Assembly: GCA_964405845.1 (NCBI GenBank)
Contig: CAYOPL010000012.1
Location: forward strand, 95,583 to 159,582
Source of the DNA: an uncultured Dehalococcoidia bacterium
GTDB taxonomy: Bacteria > Chloroflexota > Dehalococcoidia > UBA6926
Length of the DNA: 64,000 nt
Direction of reading: 5' to 3'
This document shows positions 34,879-44,470 of the stretch, piece after piece; position 1 is the stretch's first letter; each line of letters opens with the position of its first letter. Below the pieces are notes generated by a model that saw nothing but the letters and a program-made list of their open reading frames with translations, was not told the DNA's origin and searched no databases. Made by a program: the position numbers and the translations under genes.

Positions 34879-35082
34879 TTAGCCCGCCGTGAGTTCCCAG
34901 AGTTCCTGGAAGAATAAGACCAATGCGGCGATAGCGACTAGCCAGGCTGCTATGAGTACGATGTTGAGTTGACGTACCAAGCGTCGCTCCATGCGGGCAA
35001 TATCGCTGCGCAGAGCTTTCGCGCCTGTGTACATCTCGTCGTGCGAGCGCGTGAGGTCGGAGGTATCTTCAATGTCGGTCAT
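34879..35082 (-). CDS. Small single-TM protein of unknown function downstream of ccmD.
   Basis: It is 67 aa with the TM segment LNIVLIAAWLVAIAALVLFF. Confidence 0.35.
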   Translation of the reverse strand: MTDIEDTSDLTRSHDEMYTGAKALRSDIARMERRLVRQLNIVLIAAWLVAIAALVLFFQELWELTAG

Positions 35083-35131
35083 TGCTCTTGCCTAAGATGC
35101 TGCCGAATCCGGGTTTCCCCCTTCGGGATTG

Positions 35132-35314
35132 TTATCCGTCGGATCCGGTTGAACCCTCGTCCTCTCCCGTTGATTCCTTGAGCGCGTCGATCTGCGAACG
35201 GATATCGGACTGCCTCCGCGCCACGTAATACAGATAGGCGAAAAACACGATCCATACCGCGGCGTAGGACACGAAGACAAAGATTGGACTGAAGTCGCCG
35301 AATTCGTTTTCCAC
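35132..35314 (-). CDS. ccmD: Heme exporter protein D (CcmD).
   Basis: It is a 60-aa single-TM protein (FVFVSYAAVWIVFFAYLYYVARRQ) immediately downstream of ccmC. Confidence 0.65.
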   Translation of the reverse strand: MENEFGDFSPIFVFVSYAAVWIVFFAYLYYVARRQSDIRSQIDALKESTGEDEGSTGSDG

Positions 35315-35330
35315 GTCTGACTGCCCCTCC

Positions 35331-36032
35331 CTAAGAGACCTCGCGCGCTGCCCGCAGCTCGTTCAGTTCACGCTGTGATTCCTCGACACGTATGCGGAAT
35401 GACATCAGGTATACGTACAGCAACGTGAATGCCAGCATCCCGAACAGGAATGGCACCAATATCGAACCCTCCGGCCTGTCCGTGGACGACTGCAGCGTCG
35501 GCACAGGATGAAGGATGTTCGTCCATAGCCAGATGGAGAAGTACGAGAGCGGCACACTGACAAAGCCCAGAATCCCGATAACCGCCGCTGAGCGATATGT
35601 CCCGGGGCCGCGCTCCCCGAGTGAGCGGAACATCAGGTATGCCACGTACACCAGCCACATCACCAGTGAAGTGACCAGCCGTGCGTCCGACCAGTCCCAC
35701 CACGCGCCCCACACCGGCCGCCCCCAAATCGACCCCGTCGCCAGCATGAGCGTCGTGAAGAGAACCCCCAGCTCCGCCGATGCAAGAGCAACCCGGTCCC
35801 AGCGGTCTGTCCGCTTCCAGACATACATGATGCTGGCGAACGCGACTACGCCGAAAGCGATGTAGCCAACCAGGGCGGTCGGAACATGGATGTAGAAGAT
35901 CTTCTGGTGGATGCCCTGCACGCGCTCAATCGGCGACTCAACAAAGGCCAGATAAAGGGCAATGAGCATGGCCAGAAAAGCGGCTATGCCAATGGCGTCG
36001 GTAATCGTGAATCGTCGACCGGTGAAGCTCAC
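35331..36032 (-). CDS. ccmC: Heme exporter protein C (CcmC).
   Basis: The WWD domain WGRPVWGAWWDWSDARL is present, together with the conserved His residues. Confidence 0.88.
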   Translation of the reverse strand: MSFTGRRFTITDAIGIAAFLAMLIALYLAFVESPIERVQGIHQKIFYIHVPTALVGYIAFGVVAFASIMYVWKRTDRWDRVALASAELGVLFTTLMLATGSIWGRPVWGAWWDWSDARLVTSLVMWLVYVAYLMFRSLGERGPGTYRSAAVIGILGFVSVPLSYFSIWLWTNILHPVPTLQSSTDRPEGSILVPFLFGMLAFTLLYVYLMSFRIRVEESQRELNELRAAREVS

Positions 36033-36742
36033 TTTTCAACCGTAACATAGAAGAGGAGCGAGGACACGAAGAGGAAAACAAGGTCATATGCCCCTAGGAT
36101 GGCCAGCCAGGGTTGAATGTCGTCCCACGGCCCGCTGTCTATAGCGACCGCCGTAGCGCGTACCGCCCCGATGATGACCGGCACAAGCAGAGGCAGCAGC
36201 ATGATCGGCAGCAGCGCCTCGCGTGCCCGAGCCCGTGCGCTGATCGCGGCAAGGATCGTCCCCACACTCGCGATTCCGATGTTGCCCAGCAGCAGCGTCA
36301 ACAGCAAAGTCGGCTGGAAAATCTGCAGGTTGAACAGGATCGCCGCAAGAGGAATGATGACGGCCTCCAGCACCACTAGCAGGATGACATTGGCGACCAC
36401 CTTGGCCAGGTAGAGTGCTCCCGGATCGATAGGACTCGCAAGCAGACCGTCCAGAGAGCCGCGTTCCACCTCCCGTGAAAAGGAACGCCCCAGCGCCAAC
36501 AAGCTCGCAAAGATGATTGCCACCCACAGAACTCCCGGCGCAACGAGATTCAGCGTGCCGCCGCGTAGGTCAAACGAGAACTGAAACGCGATAAGCGCCG
36601 CGGCGGCAAACACCGCCATCGGGATGGCGGTCTCGCGTGATCTGAACTCAACGGTGAGTTCCTTGGTCAGTAGAATCCGAATCTGCCCCAGATACCCGGG
36701 AGGTGAGGCTTGTCGTCGTTCGTTCATAGGAACAGATTTCAA
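36029..36742 (-). CDS. ccmB: Heme exporter protein B (CcmB).
   Basis: It is a 6-TM ABC permease and overlaps ccmA and ccmC by 4 nt each. Confidence 0.8.
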   Translation of the reverse strand: MKSVPMNERRQASPPGYLGQIRILLTKELTVEFRSRETAIPMAVFAAAALIAFQFSFDLRGGTLNLVAPGVLWVAIIFASLLALGRSFSREVERGSLDGLLASPIDPGALYLAKVVANVILLVVLEAVIIPLAAILFNLQIFQPTLLLTLLLGNIGIASVGTILAAISARARAREALLPIMLLPLLVPVIIGAVRATAVAIDSGPWDDIQPWLAILGAYDLVFLFVSSLLFYVTVEK

Positions 36743-37491
36743 CTTGCTCGTGAACCAAGTAGACGGGCTACTTCATCCCGTCGCCTGTCGGCATCCGCTG
36801 CTTGACTGCCAAGCGATGCGGAGTCATGGATAATCTCCCCGCCGCGCAGCACAATGTCGCGTGTCGTCAGTGAGACCCCCATCTCGACGTTGTGTGTCGC
36901 CAGCACAACCGTCATGCCGGAGGCCTCTTCCGTGATGTGCTGGGCAAGCATTTCTCGCGAAGTGGCGTCCAGGCCCGTCTCCGGCTCGTCCAGCAGCAGC
37001 AGCGCCGGATGATGAATCAGCGCCCGCATCAGGGCCACACGTTGCGTCATGCCTCGTGACAGCGTCCGTACCGGGTCGACCCGCCGCCCCGTCAGGCCAA
37101 ACTCAGAGATGAGCGCATCTGCCCTCGCCTGAGGATCCGCCACGCCGTAGAGCTTGCCGTACAAAGCAAGGTTCTCTCGTGCGGACAGCTCCTCATACAG
37201 ATGGCTCTGGTGGCTGAGTGTGCCGATCTGTCCTCGCGTGCGAGCCCCCTCGTTGCCCCACGGCTGCCCCCCGAAGACACGAATCCCCCCGCCACTTGGA
37301 CGCAAAAGACCTGAAATCAGTTGTAGCAGTGTGGATTTCCCCGCTCCGTTGTCTCCAAACAGAGCGATGCGCTCGCCAACGTTGATTGTCAGATTCAGAT
37401 TCCGAATCGCCGGGCGCTGTCCATAGGACTTCTCAAGACCCGCGCACCGCACGACGGCCTGAGACGAAGAGCCCGAGCGCTCGCCGCTCAC
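36739..37491 (-). CDS. ccmA: Cytochrome c biogenesis ABC transporter ATPase (CcmA).
   Basis: Walker A GDNGAGKST, the ABC signature LSRGMTQR, and Walker B LLLLDEP are all present. Confidence 0.85.
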   Translation of the reverse strand: MSGERSGSSSQAVVRCAGLEKSYGQRPAIRNLNLTINVGERIALFGDNGAGKSTLLQLISGLLRPSGGGIRVFGGQPWGNEGARTRGQIGTLSHQSHLYEELSARENLALYGKLYGVADPQARADALISEFGLTGRRVDPVRTLSRGMTQRVALMRALIHHPALLLLDEPETGLDATSREMLAQHITEEASGMTVVLATHNVEMGVSLTTRDIVLRGGEIIHDSASLGSQAADADRRRDEVARLLGSRAS

Positions 37492-38693
37492 TGCCTACGC
37501 TCCCCCTCGAGTAGTTGGCGCAGGAGTTCCCGATGGGGCGCAGACATGTCGTCATACTCCTCCTCGGAGATATCCCCCGCCTCCCGCGCATCCTCTAGCC
37601 GCGCCAACTCTGCAACCGCAGCATCCCTCTGCATCTGCAATTCCTCTCGATTAACGGCGGAGCCTCTGGGCCTGCGTCCCCGGCTCCGGAATCGTGCCCA
37701 CCACAGCGCAAATCCCGCCGCCATGATCAGCGCCACCGCGACAACACCGAACGCCACGTCGCGCAGTGTTCGTTCAAGGCTGCGGCTGCGTGAGCCGGCG
37801 CTTTGGGGCAGATCGGCAACCGTGGCGCTGAGGGTCTCGCCTGCGATAATCGACCTCATTTCATAGCGAGCATACGTCACCCCGGACACCTCTGAATCCT
37901 CCATCTGCACCCAGTCGGAACCGGGGCGGAACGAGACCTCCTCGGGGACCAGCAAGCGGGCGATTTCGGTAGGGTAGGGATACGTCTTGCTCCATGCAAA
38001 CACATCGGTCGTATAGAGGATGCCGTAAGTGACAATGTACTCCTCGATGCCCGGCATCAAGGGGATGATGGAATACACGTCCCGGCTGTCCGGCGCGAGC
38101 ACGAGGCTGCCCGGGCTATGCACGGACTCAAGATCGAACGCCATCACGGGCAGTGGCAGCCGAACGGTGAGCCGCGTATTGAGGGGATCATTGCCCACGT
38201 ACGCGCGGTCGCTCGTATTCTCGAAAGTGGTCACCTGCAGAATGCGTAGCACCCCGGAATCGTCGTCGGGCGGCGTGATCGCGGAACTGTCCCCGGTGAT
38301 GCGAATCACGGACGGATTGGACGTAGGCTCGAATATCGTGAGGTGAATCGGCCCGTCGCGATCAATTGTGGAGATATATGCGTCGCTGAAGAACCGGATG
38401 TCGTTGTAGGCCGCCGACAGCGTGTAAGTGACCTCCTCAGCGACTACTCCCCCGAACGCCACGCCTCCACTAGCATCGGTCTCTCCCTCAAGCCGCTGTA
38501 ATTCATTGTTCCCAAGGTCGAACACCTGCAGCGTGATGATTAGACCCTCCGGCACTGATCCCCCCGCTGTGCCGTTCCTGACCTCGGCTTCAAGAATGAT
38601 AGGCGGCGATGATTCCTGCGCGGCAACTGGCGCAACCGCGAGCAACAGCAAGGCCATAACCCCCACTGTCATTCCCGCCACTATTCCCCTCAT
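37488..38693 (-). CDS. Hypothetical membrane protein inside the ccm operon. It has a signal peptide, a periplasmic domain of about 300 aa, a TM segment, and a cytoplasmic coiled-coil tail.
   Basis: MRGIVAGMTVGVMALLLLAVAPVAAQ is followed by a periplasmic region lacking Cys, then the TM FGVVAVALIMAAGFALWWA, then a charged tail (EELQMQRDAAVAELARLEDAREAGDISEEEYDD). The start was refined away from the repeat-derived N-terminal extension. Confidence 0.5.
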   Translation of the reverse strand: MRGIVAGMTVGVMALLLLAVAPVAAQESSPPIILEAEVRNGTAGGSVPEGLIITLQVFDLGNNELQRLEGETDASGGVAFGGVVAEEVTYTLSAAYNDIRFFSDAYISTIDRDGPIHLTIFEPTSNPSVIRITGDSSAITPPDDDSGVLRILQVTTFENTSDRAYVGNDPLNTRLTVRLPLPVMAFDLESVHSPGSLVLAPDSRDVYSIIPLMPGIEEYIVTYGILYTTDVFAWSKTYPYPTEIARLLVPEEVSFRPGSDWVQMEDSEVSGVTYARYEMRSIIAGETLSATVADLPQSAGSRSRSLERTLRDVAFGVVAVALIMAAGFALWWARFRSRGRRPRGSAVNREELQMQRDAAVAELARLEDAREAGDISEEEYDDMSAPHRELLRQLLEGERRQ

Positions 38694-38795
38694 TCCTGCG
38701 AAAGCAGGAACCCATCGGGCCACTTCCACCCCGCTCGCCCAGAGCGCCAATACTCCGGTCACCCTGAGCTTGTCGAAGCGCCTCATTCCCCCCGC
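38668..38795. repeat. REP-like repeat (B-type cattcctgcgaaagcaggaac plus A-type tcaccctgagcttgtcgaag).
   Basis: Readable in sequence. Overlaps the artefactual N-terminal extension of ORF 37488..38786. Confidence 0.7.
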
Positions 38796-39133
38796 CGCTC
38801 CCGACTCAATTGCACGACCCGCTCGATTTCCTCATCAAGAATCTGCTCGCGGCCCTCTATCTCACGGATTAGCGCGGCGGCGCGGCGAACCAACAAGACT
38901 CTCGCAGTGCGGTGTTCTCCCTCGGAAACGTTGCCGCGTTCCAGCTCGTCATCCAGGTCCATGATGGCCGTCAGCGCCTCGTTGCGCGCCTCCCTCATGC
39001 GGCCTAGATCGGAGAGTTCGTCCCCTGCGGAAGTCCCGTCGTCCGCGCCCCGCGCTCGAATAAGAGGAAATACGATTGCCACGACTGTCACAACAACAGC
39101 CAGCAGGGTCAGTCCAACGGGTACTAGCTCCAC
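38783..39133 (-). CDS. Small membrane-anchored protein with a charged helical domain (possibly a CcmI/CcmH-accessory-like module).
   Basis: The TM is LTLLAVVVTVVAIVFPLI, followed by an acidic coiled-coil region similar in composition to the tail of the upstream 400-aa protein. Confidence 0.35.
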   Translation of the reverse strand: MELVPVGLTLLAVVVTVVAIVFPLIRARGADDGTSAGDELSDLGRMREARNEALTAIMDLDDELERGNVSEGEHRTARVLLVRRAAALIREIEGREQILDEEIERVVQLSRERRGE

Positions 39134-39140
39134 CCGCGCC

Positions 39141-39701
39141 TCAATTCGTGTCTTTCGTCATGCGGCCTAGTTCTCGCGTGACGATTTCATCGTCATCCGC
39201 CATAGAGGGTGGCGCAGGCCGTGGCGTCTGCGGATTCAATCGCGCTCGCCTGCCGCTCTTCAGGCCCAAATACACGATGATCAACCCGATCAGCGCCATG
39301 ATGGGCGGTGCCAGCCAGACGCCCCACCCGATGCCCTCGGGACGTGGCTCCCGCAGAACCTCCGGCCCGTATCGCTCAACGAAGAAGTTGAGGATCTCGT
39401 CCTCGCTCACGCCGTCGTCCACAAGCTGCTGTACTCGCACACGCATTTGGCGGGCGATGGTGGCGTTCGACTCCGTGATGGGCTGTCCGTCACAGACTGG
39501 GCATTGCACTTTCTGCGCAATGGCCCGCGCTTCTGGCGAGAGCGCCAACAGCTCAAGTTCCTGTCGTGAGAACTCGTCGGAGTTCGTTTCTTGGGCCTCA
39601 GCCGCTGCGGGCAAGCTCAGCAGGAGCAAGACTCCAAACGCCGTGGCCAGCAGAACGATTCCACTAAGTGCGAAACTCCGGCGTAATCGTGACTGGGACA
39701 T
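39141..39701 (-). CDS. ccmH: Cytochrome c-type biogenesis protein CcmH (CycL).
   Basis: A signal peptide is followed by the LRCxxC-type motif QKVQCPVCDGQPITESNATIARQMR. Confidence 0.8.
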   Translation of the reverse strand: MSQSRLRRSFALSGIVLLATAFGVLLLLSLPAAAEAQETNSDEFSRQELELLALSPEARAIAQKVQCPVCDGQPITESNATIARQMRVRVQQLVDDGVSEDEILNFFVERYGPEVLREPRPEGIGWGVWLAPPIMALIGLIIVYLGLKSGRRARLNPQTPRPAPPSMADDDEIVTRELGRMTKDTN

Positions 39702-39722
39702 GATGGTCCTTGATGCCTTTAC

Positions 39723-41723
39723 TCAGGATCGCCGTGGAGCGGTAGTTCCCGCAGAACCCAGTGGCTCCCACACAGGCCGCAGGGCAGGGGCACGACCCGG
39801 CCACGCCGTGATGAGCAATGCCAAAAAGATCATCGAACTCCCCAACCACACAAGGGTCATCAGTGGATTGAGAAAGATCGCGAATGTCGCCGACTCATCA
39901 TCGAATCCCGCCTGAAAAACGTACAGGTCATGCTCCCATGTGGAATACACCGCGACGCGGTTTGTCGGCTGCGTCTCGAAATTGGGATAAACCTGTGTCT
40001 TGGGGAAGAGCTGCCCAACAGTCGTTCCGTCTTCCTCAATGATCAACTGTGAACTGAACACCTGCCGGTTCGGCTCCTGGATCGACGCCGTCCCTGCATA
40101 CGTGATGGTGTAATCGTCGATGGTCACCGACTCTCCCCGTAACAGGTTCACCTCCGTCGCGGACTGAAACGCCGTTGAGGCGATGAGCCCGATGCCAAGC
40201 ACCACGATGGCAACGTGGACGAGATACCCGCCGTAGCGCCGCCGATCTCGCGAAACGAGACCCGAAAACGCCGCTGGATAAGATTCCCGTGTTGTGTTCC
40301 GCCGAATGCGTATGCCCCGCACGTATTCCTGGGCAATGGTAGCCAATACGAAAGCGCACGCCCCGAAAGCGATTGGTGTAATGACGTCGCGTAGCAACGG
40401 CGCAAGCAGCAATGCCGTCACCGCCCCGACTGCAACTGATATGCGGAGATGTCGCCAAAGACCCTGACCGGTCGACTTCCGCCACGCTAGCAGAGGACCC
40501 ACGCCCATCAGCAGCACGAGCGCAAGAAATAGCGGCCCGTTCACCTTGAGATAGAACGGCGCGCCTACCGTTAGCCGCTGATTGCCCAGAGCCTCGGACA
40601 CCATCGGGTATACGGTGCCCCAGAACGTCGCGAAGGCGATGCTGAACAGCAGCACGTTATTGAACAGAAAACCGGACTCCCGCGACAGGACCGCCTCAAA
40701 ACCCTCCTCGTCGCGGATGCGTGGCAGCCGCCAGAAAAGAAGAATCAGCGGCAGCGCCAGTGCTCCAACAAAGTACCCGAGGAACAGGCCGCCCACGTCC
40801 GACTCCGCAAAGTTGTGGACGGAACTGAGTATCCCGCTACGCACGATGAACGTCCCGAAAATGGCTAGCAGGTAGGTGGAGAAAACAAGACTCAGAGTCC
40901 ACACCTTGAGCTTGCCCCTGCGCTCCACAACCATGACGGAGTGCAGGAATGCTGTGCCTGTAAGCCATGGCAGGAACGCGACATTCTCCACCGGATCCCA
41001 ACCCCAGTAGCCGCCCCAGCCCAGCACGTGGTACGCCCACCACCCGCCGAGAATGAGTCCCGCGGTCTGAATGCTCCAGGCAATCAGAGTGGGAGTACGC
41101 AGCGCCCGCGTCCACTCCACTCCCACCCGGCCCGTCGCCAGCGCGGCGATTCCGATCGCAAAGGGAAGCGTCCAGCTCATGTACCCGGCCAGCAGCATCG
41201 GAGGGTGAACCAGCATTCCCGGGTCCTGCAACAGGGGATTCAACCCCACGCCGTCCGGCATCGTGGCGGGAAGACGCGCCATGGGATTCGCAAAGAAGAC
41301 CAGCACCATCAGGAAGAAGGACAGATTCGCGAGGATTACGGCATTCGCGTAGCCCATCAGCGCCGGGTATCGTCTGCGCATGACGTAGATCATCACGCTT
41401 CCGAACACCGCCAACAGAGTCGACCAATAGAGCAGGGAGCCTTCCTGTCCTGCGTAGAAGGCGGACAGTATGTAGTACCACGGCATGGTCGTGCTGGAGT
41501 GGAGCGTCACGTAGCGCATGCCAAAGTCCTGTGTGACAAACGAGTACACGAGGATGGAGGCTGTCATCACAAGTAGGAGCGCCACGGCGTAGATAGCGTT
41601 CCGTCCGCTCGCCGTCAACGGAGTGATGGACAGACGCGCCCCCAGCGCGGACGCCGCACAGCCGTACAGGGCAGCGCCAAGCGCGAGAATCAGCGCGATG
41701 TAACCGGCGTCTGAAAGCTGCAT
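39723..41723 (-). CDS. ccmF: Cytochrome c-type biogenesis protein CcmF (heme lyase).
   Basis: The protein is 666 aa and multi-TM, with the WWD domain GWGGYWGWDPVENVAFLPWL. Confidence 0.88.
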   Translation of the reverse strand: MQLSDAGYIALILALGAALYGCAASALGARLSITPLTASGRNAIYAVALLLVMTASILVYSFVTQDFGMRYVTLHSSTTMPWYYILSAFYAGQEGSLLYWSTLLAVFGSVMIYVMRRRYPALMGYANAVILANLSFFLMVLVFFANPMARLPATMPDGVGLNPLLQDPGMLVHPPMLLAGYMSWTLPFAIGIAALATGRVGVEWTRALRTPTLIAWSIQTAGLILGGWWAYHVLGWGGYWGWDPVENVAFLPWLTGTAFLHSVMVVERRGKLKVWTLSLVFSTYLLAIFGTFIVRSGILSSVHNFAESDVGGLFLGYFVGALALPLILLFWRLPRIRDEEGFEAVLSRESGFLFNNVLLFSIAFATFWGTVYPMVSEALGNQRLTVGAPFYLKVNGPLFLALVLLMGVGPLLAWRKSTGQGLWRHLRISVAVGAVTALLLAPLLRDVITPIAFGACAFVLATIAQEYVRGIRIRRNTTRESYPAAFSGLVSRDRRRYGGYLVHVAIVVLGIGLIASTAFQSATEVNLLRGESVTIDDYTITYAGTASIQEPNRQVFSSQLIIEEDGTTVGQLFPKTQVYPNFETQPTNRVAVYSTWEHDLYVFQAGFDDESATFAIFLNPLMTLVWLGSSMIFLALLITAWPGRAPALRPVWEPLGSAGTTAPRRS

Positions 41724-41738
41724 ATTGGCGTATATCGC

Positions 41739-42260
41739 CTAGCCGTAAGTTGGTTCGTAATTGGGAGCCGTCGCGCCGCTGGGTAGGGGCTCCATCGTAT
41801 CCGGGTGGCGCGTCAGCAAGACGTCTGCATTGAATGTCCCGCCGGGAGTGTAGTAGCCCTCAACGAAAACAACAGCGTTGTCCCCGAAGATGTCCGGCGG
41901 CGCTCCCTGGTAGACCACGGGAATCGTCGCCTCTTCCCCATGCACCTCAAATTCGTAGATGAGGTCCTCCCCGCGGACGATGGAACCGGCGGTCACCGTT
42001 CCGCCTATCCTGAGTCGGCGCTCATCCGTAATGTCCGGCGCGGCGGCTAGCTCGTCCACGTTCATGTAGGCAGCGGTGGCTGCATCCAGTGAAAGGAAGA
42101 TGAGATAGGCAACCACGAGGGCGACCACGCCGGCGCCAATGAGCAAACGGACGTTGAATCGTCCGCGCCGTGAGTGATCCTGTTCTTCGAAGATGGAATC
42201 GTTCGCAGTCAACGGTACCTCTATGCCGGTCGATACGCGCCTGCTGCGTTCGTCGAGCAA
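41739..42260 (-). CDS. ccmE: Cytochrome c-type biogenesis heme chaperone CcmE.
   Basis: An N-terminal TM is followed by an OB-fold region, RRLRIGGTVTAGSIVRGEDLIYEFEVHGEEATIPVVYQGAPPDIF...VFVEGYY, which aligns with E. coli CcmE. Confidence 0.75.
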   Translation of the reverse strand: MLDERSRRVSTGIEVPLTANDSIFEEQDHSRRGRFNVRLLIGAGVVALVVAYLIFLSLDAATAAYMNVDELAAAPDITDERRLRIGGTVTAGSIVRGEDLIYEFEVHGEEATIPVVYQGAPPDIFGDNAVVFVEGYYTPGGTFNADVLLTRHPDTMEPLPSGATAPNYEPTYG

Positions 42261-42386
42261 GAGCGTGGTAGAACAATCGTATTAAGAGGTGAAAGTTCCG
42301 TCAACGATGATGGAGATTGTTGCCGTGTAACATGGATGCTGTGACCGCGCGTCCGGCGCTCCGGAAAGTCCAAGCTAGGGCCTTTC

Positions 42387-42417
42387 TGGGCAAACGTTTG
42401 CCCTATGGGGCTATACT
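42387..42417 (+). promoter_or_regulatory. Perfect 16-bp palindrome GGGCAAACGTTTGCCC followed by a TATACT -10-like hexamer upstream of rpsP. It is a candidate operator/promoter.
   Basis: The palindrome sits at 42387-42402 and TATACT at 42412-42417. Confidence 0.3.
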
Positions 42418-42490
42418 GTGGTGTAGTATTGTCGCGACAGTAACTTCCAACCCTCCATGCACCGGACTACTGCAAAGGTAAAAGGAACAC

Positions 42491-42739
42491 ATGCTGCGAA
42501 TTCGCCTTACTCGAAAGGGCTTCCGTAAGCAACCGCACTATCGTGTCGTGGTGGCCGACCAACGCGCCCCGCGAGACGGAGCGTTTGTCGAGATCATTGG
42601 GCATTACGACCCGCGCACCGGCCCTGATTCTCTTCACGTTGACCACGATAAAGCGCGGGAATGGTTGAGTAGGGGCGCTCAGCCAAGTGAAGCTGTCACT
42701 AAGCTCTTTCGGCGCCAGGGGATTATCGCCTCGGCATGA
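42491..42739 (+). CDS. rpsP: 30S ribosomal protein S16.
   Basis: MLRIRLTRKGFRKQPHYRVVVADQRAPRDGAFVEIIGHYDPRT. Confidence 0.92.
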   Translation: MLRIRLTRKGFRKQPHYRVVVADQRAPRDGAFVEIIGHYDPRTGPDSLHVDHDKAREWLSRGAQPSEAVTKLFRRQGIIASA

Positions 42740-42773
42740 GAAGTGCGCCAGCAATGGCAGTTGGGACGTGATC

Positions 42774-43004
42774 GTGAAGGAGCTTGTTGAATTTATCGCT
42801 ATGAGCATTGTCGAAGACAAGGATGCAGTCCGTGTGACCGAGAGCGTCGCTGAGGATGGCCGAATCCTGATTAGTCTTGTTGTTGCTGAGGGCGATAAAG
42901 GTAAAGTCATTGGCCGTGGGGGCCGCGTTGCTGAAGCTATCCGCACGGTGCTGAGAATTGCCGCGATCAGGCGTGGCGTGAGAGCCAGTTTGGAGATCGT
43001 CTAG
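42774..43004 (+). CDS. KH-domain RNA-binding protein (YlqC family).
   Basis: From the GTG start the protein reads VKELVEFIAMSIVEDKDAVRVTE...GKVIGRGGRVAEAIRTVLRIAA, which contains the GxxG KH motif. Confidence 0.8.
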   Translation: MKELVEFIAMSIVEDKDAVRVTESVAEDGRILISLVVAEGDKGKVIGRGGRVAEAIRTVLRIAAIRRGVRASLEIV

Positions 43005-43017
43005 AGTCGTCAAGCCT

Positions 43018-43608
43018 GTGGATCGACGCTTTACCCCATCACCCTACATAGCAGTAGGTCGCATCAGTGGCCCTTTCGGCGTAAAGGGCGAACTTAAAGT
43101 AGAAGTCCTCACAGACTTCCCTCAACGGTTTCAACCAGGTAGCAGGCTCTTCCTTTCGGAGGAGCCTGTGACCGTTGCAAGCGCCCGTGCAAGCGGGATG
43201 GATCGACTCATCGTGCAGCTCGAAGAATTCCGCTCCCGCACAAAAGCCGAAACCATCCCCCGCGGCGCAACACTCGATATTCGGGAAGAAGATGTCATCC
43301 CGTTGCCGGACGGCGCCTATTACCGGTTCCAGTTGATCGGCCTGCCCGTCGTTACGGAAACTGACGGCGAATCAATAGGAACCGTCGAAGACATCATCGA
43401 GACCGGCGTGAATGACGTGCTTGTTGTCCGGGCGGAGGGCCGACCCGAAACGCTGATTCCGAACACCGACGAGGTCGCCACCATTGACCTTGAGAACGCC
43501 GTCATCCGGGTGAAACCCATAGAGGGGTTGCTGCCTTCCGCAGAGCCGGAGAAACCACAGGAGCAGCAGCCCCAGCAGAGACGCCGCCGGCGTAGGCGAC
43601 GACGCTAG
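43018..43608 (+). CDS. rimM: Ribosome maturation factor RimM.
   Basis: The N-terminus reads AVGRISGPFGVKGELKVEVLTDFPQRF, the PRC barrel VIGLPVVTETDGESIGTVEDI, and the C-terminal basic tail RRRRRRRR. Confidence 0.85.
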   Translation: MDRRFTPSPYIAVGRISGPFGVKGELKVEVLTDFPQRFQPGSRLFLSEEPVTVASARASGMDRLIVQLEEFRSRTKAETIPRGATLDIREEDVIPLPDGAYYRFQLIGLPVVTETDGESIGTVEDIIETGVNDVLVVRAEGRPETLIPNTDEVATIDLENAVIRVKPIEGLLPSAEPEKPQEQQPQQRRRRRRRRR

Positions 43609-43690
43609 CCTTACGTACGGCATCTCCGGTCACGCCCTGCACTGTAGCGCTCTTGACACCGGTCAATTGCCGATGACGTAAAATGTAGCC

Positions 43691-44446
43691 ATGTCTGGAC
43701 ATTCTCATTGGTCGACCATTCAGCGGCAGAAGGGCGCCAACGACGCCAAGCGCGCCAAGCTGTTCACCAAGCTGTCTCGTGAGATCTCTACCGCCGCCCG
43801 GGATGGGGGCGTCAACCCTGAGTTCAACCCACGCCTGCGTCTTGCCGTTCAGCGCGCCAAAGACTCGGGCATGCCCAATGACAACATCGACCGCACCCTC
43901 AAGAAGATCGCCGGTGGCGACAATGGCGATTCGCTGGAGGAAATCTGGTATGAGGGCTACGGTGCAGGTGGCGCGGCCGTCCTCGTGCAGACCCTGACCG
44001 ACAATCGCAACCGCACCTCAAATGAAGTGCGGTCCACCTTCAGCAGGCAGGGCGGCAACATCGGCGAGGTCGGAAGCGTCAACTGGATCTTTGACAACAC
44101 CGGCACGATTGTTGTTGAAGGTTCTGAGGATGAACTTGAAGAGGTAGCGCTGTCTGCCATCGACGCGGGCGCGGAGGACGTCGGTGACCCGTACAGCGGC
44201 CAATTGGAGGTCTACACCTCCCCCGCACAGCTTGAAGCGGTTCGTGCCGCAATGGCAGAGCAGGGCGCGAAGGTCGTCCAGGCGGAAATCACCATGCGAC
44301 CCAAGACGCAGGTAGACCTTGAAGTGTCGACAGCCAAGCAGAATCTCCGCCTGTTGGAGCGGCTCGATGAGCTCGATGACGTTCAACAGGTGTATACCAA
44401 CGCCAATTTCCCCGCGGAAGTCCTGGAAGACGCCGCGGCCGTCTAG
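43691..44446 (+). CDS. YebC/PmpR family DNA-binding transcriptional regulator.
   Basis: MSGHSHWSTIQRQKGANDAKRAKLFTKLSREI. Confidence 0.9.
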   Translation: MSGHSHWSTIQRQKGANDAKRAKLFTKLSREISTAARDGGVNPEFNPRLRLAVQRAKDSGMPNDNIDRTLKKIAGGDNGDSLEEIWYEGYGAGGAAVLVQTLTDNRNRTSNEVRSTFSRQGGNIGEVGSVNWIFDNTGTIVVEGSEDELEEVALSAIDAGAEDVGDPYSGQLEVYTSPAQLEAVRAAMAEQGAKVVQAEITMRPKTQVDLEVSTAKQNLRLLERLDELDDVQQVYTNANFPAEVLEDAAAV

Positions 44447-44470
44447 GTCCGCGTGATACGGCGGCCACTT

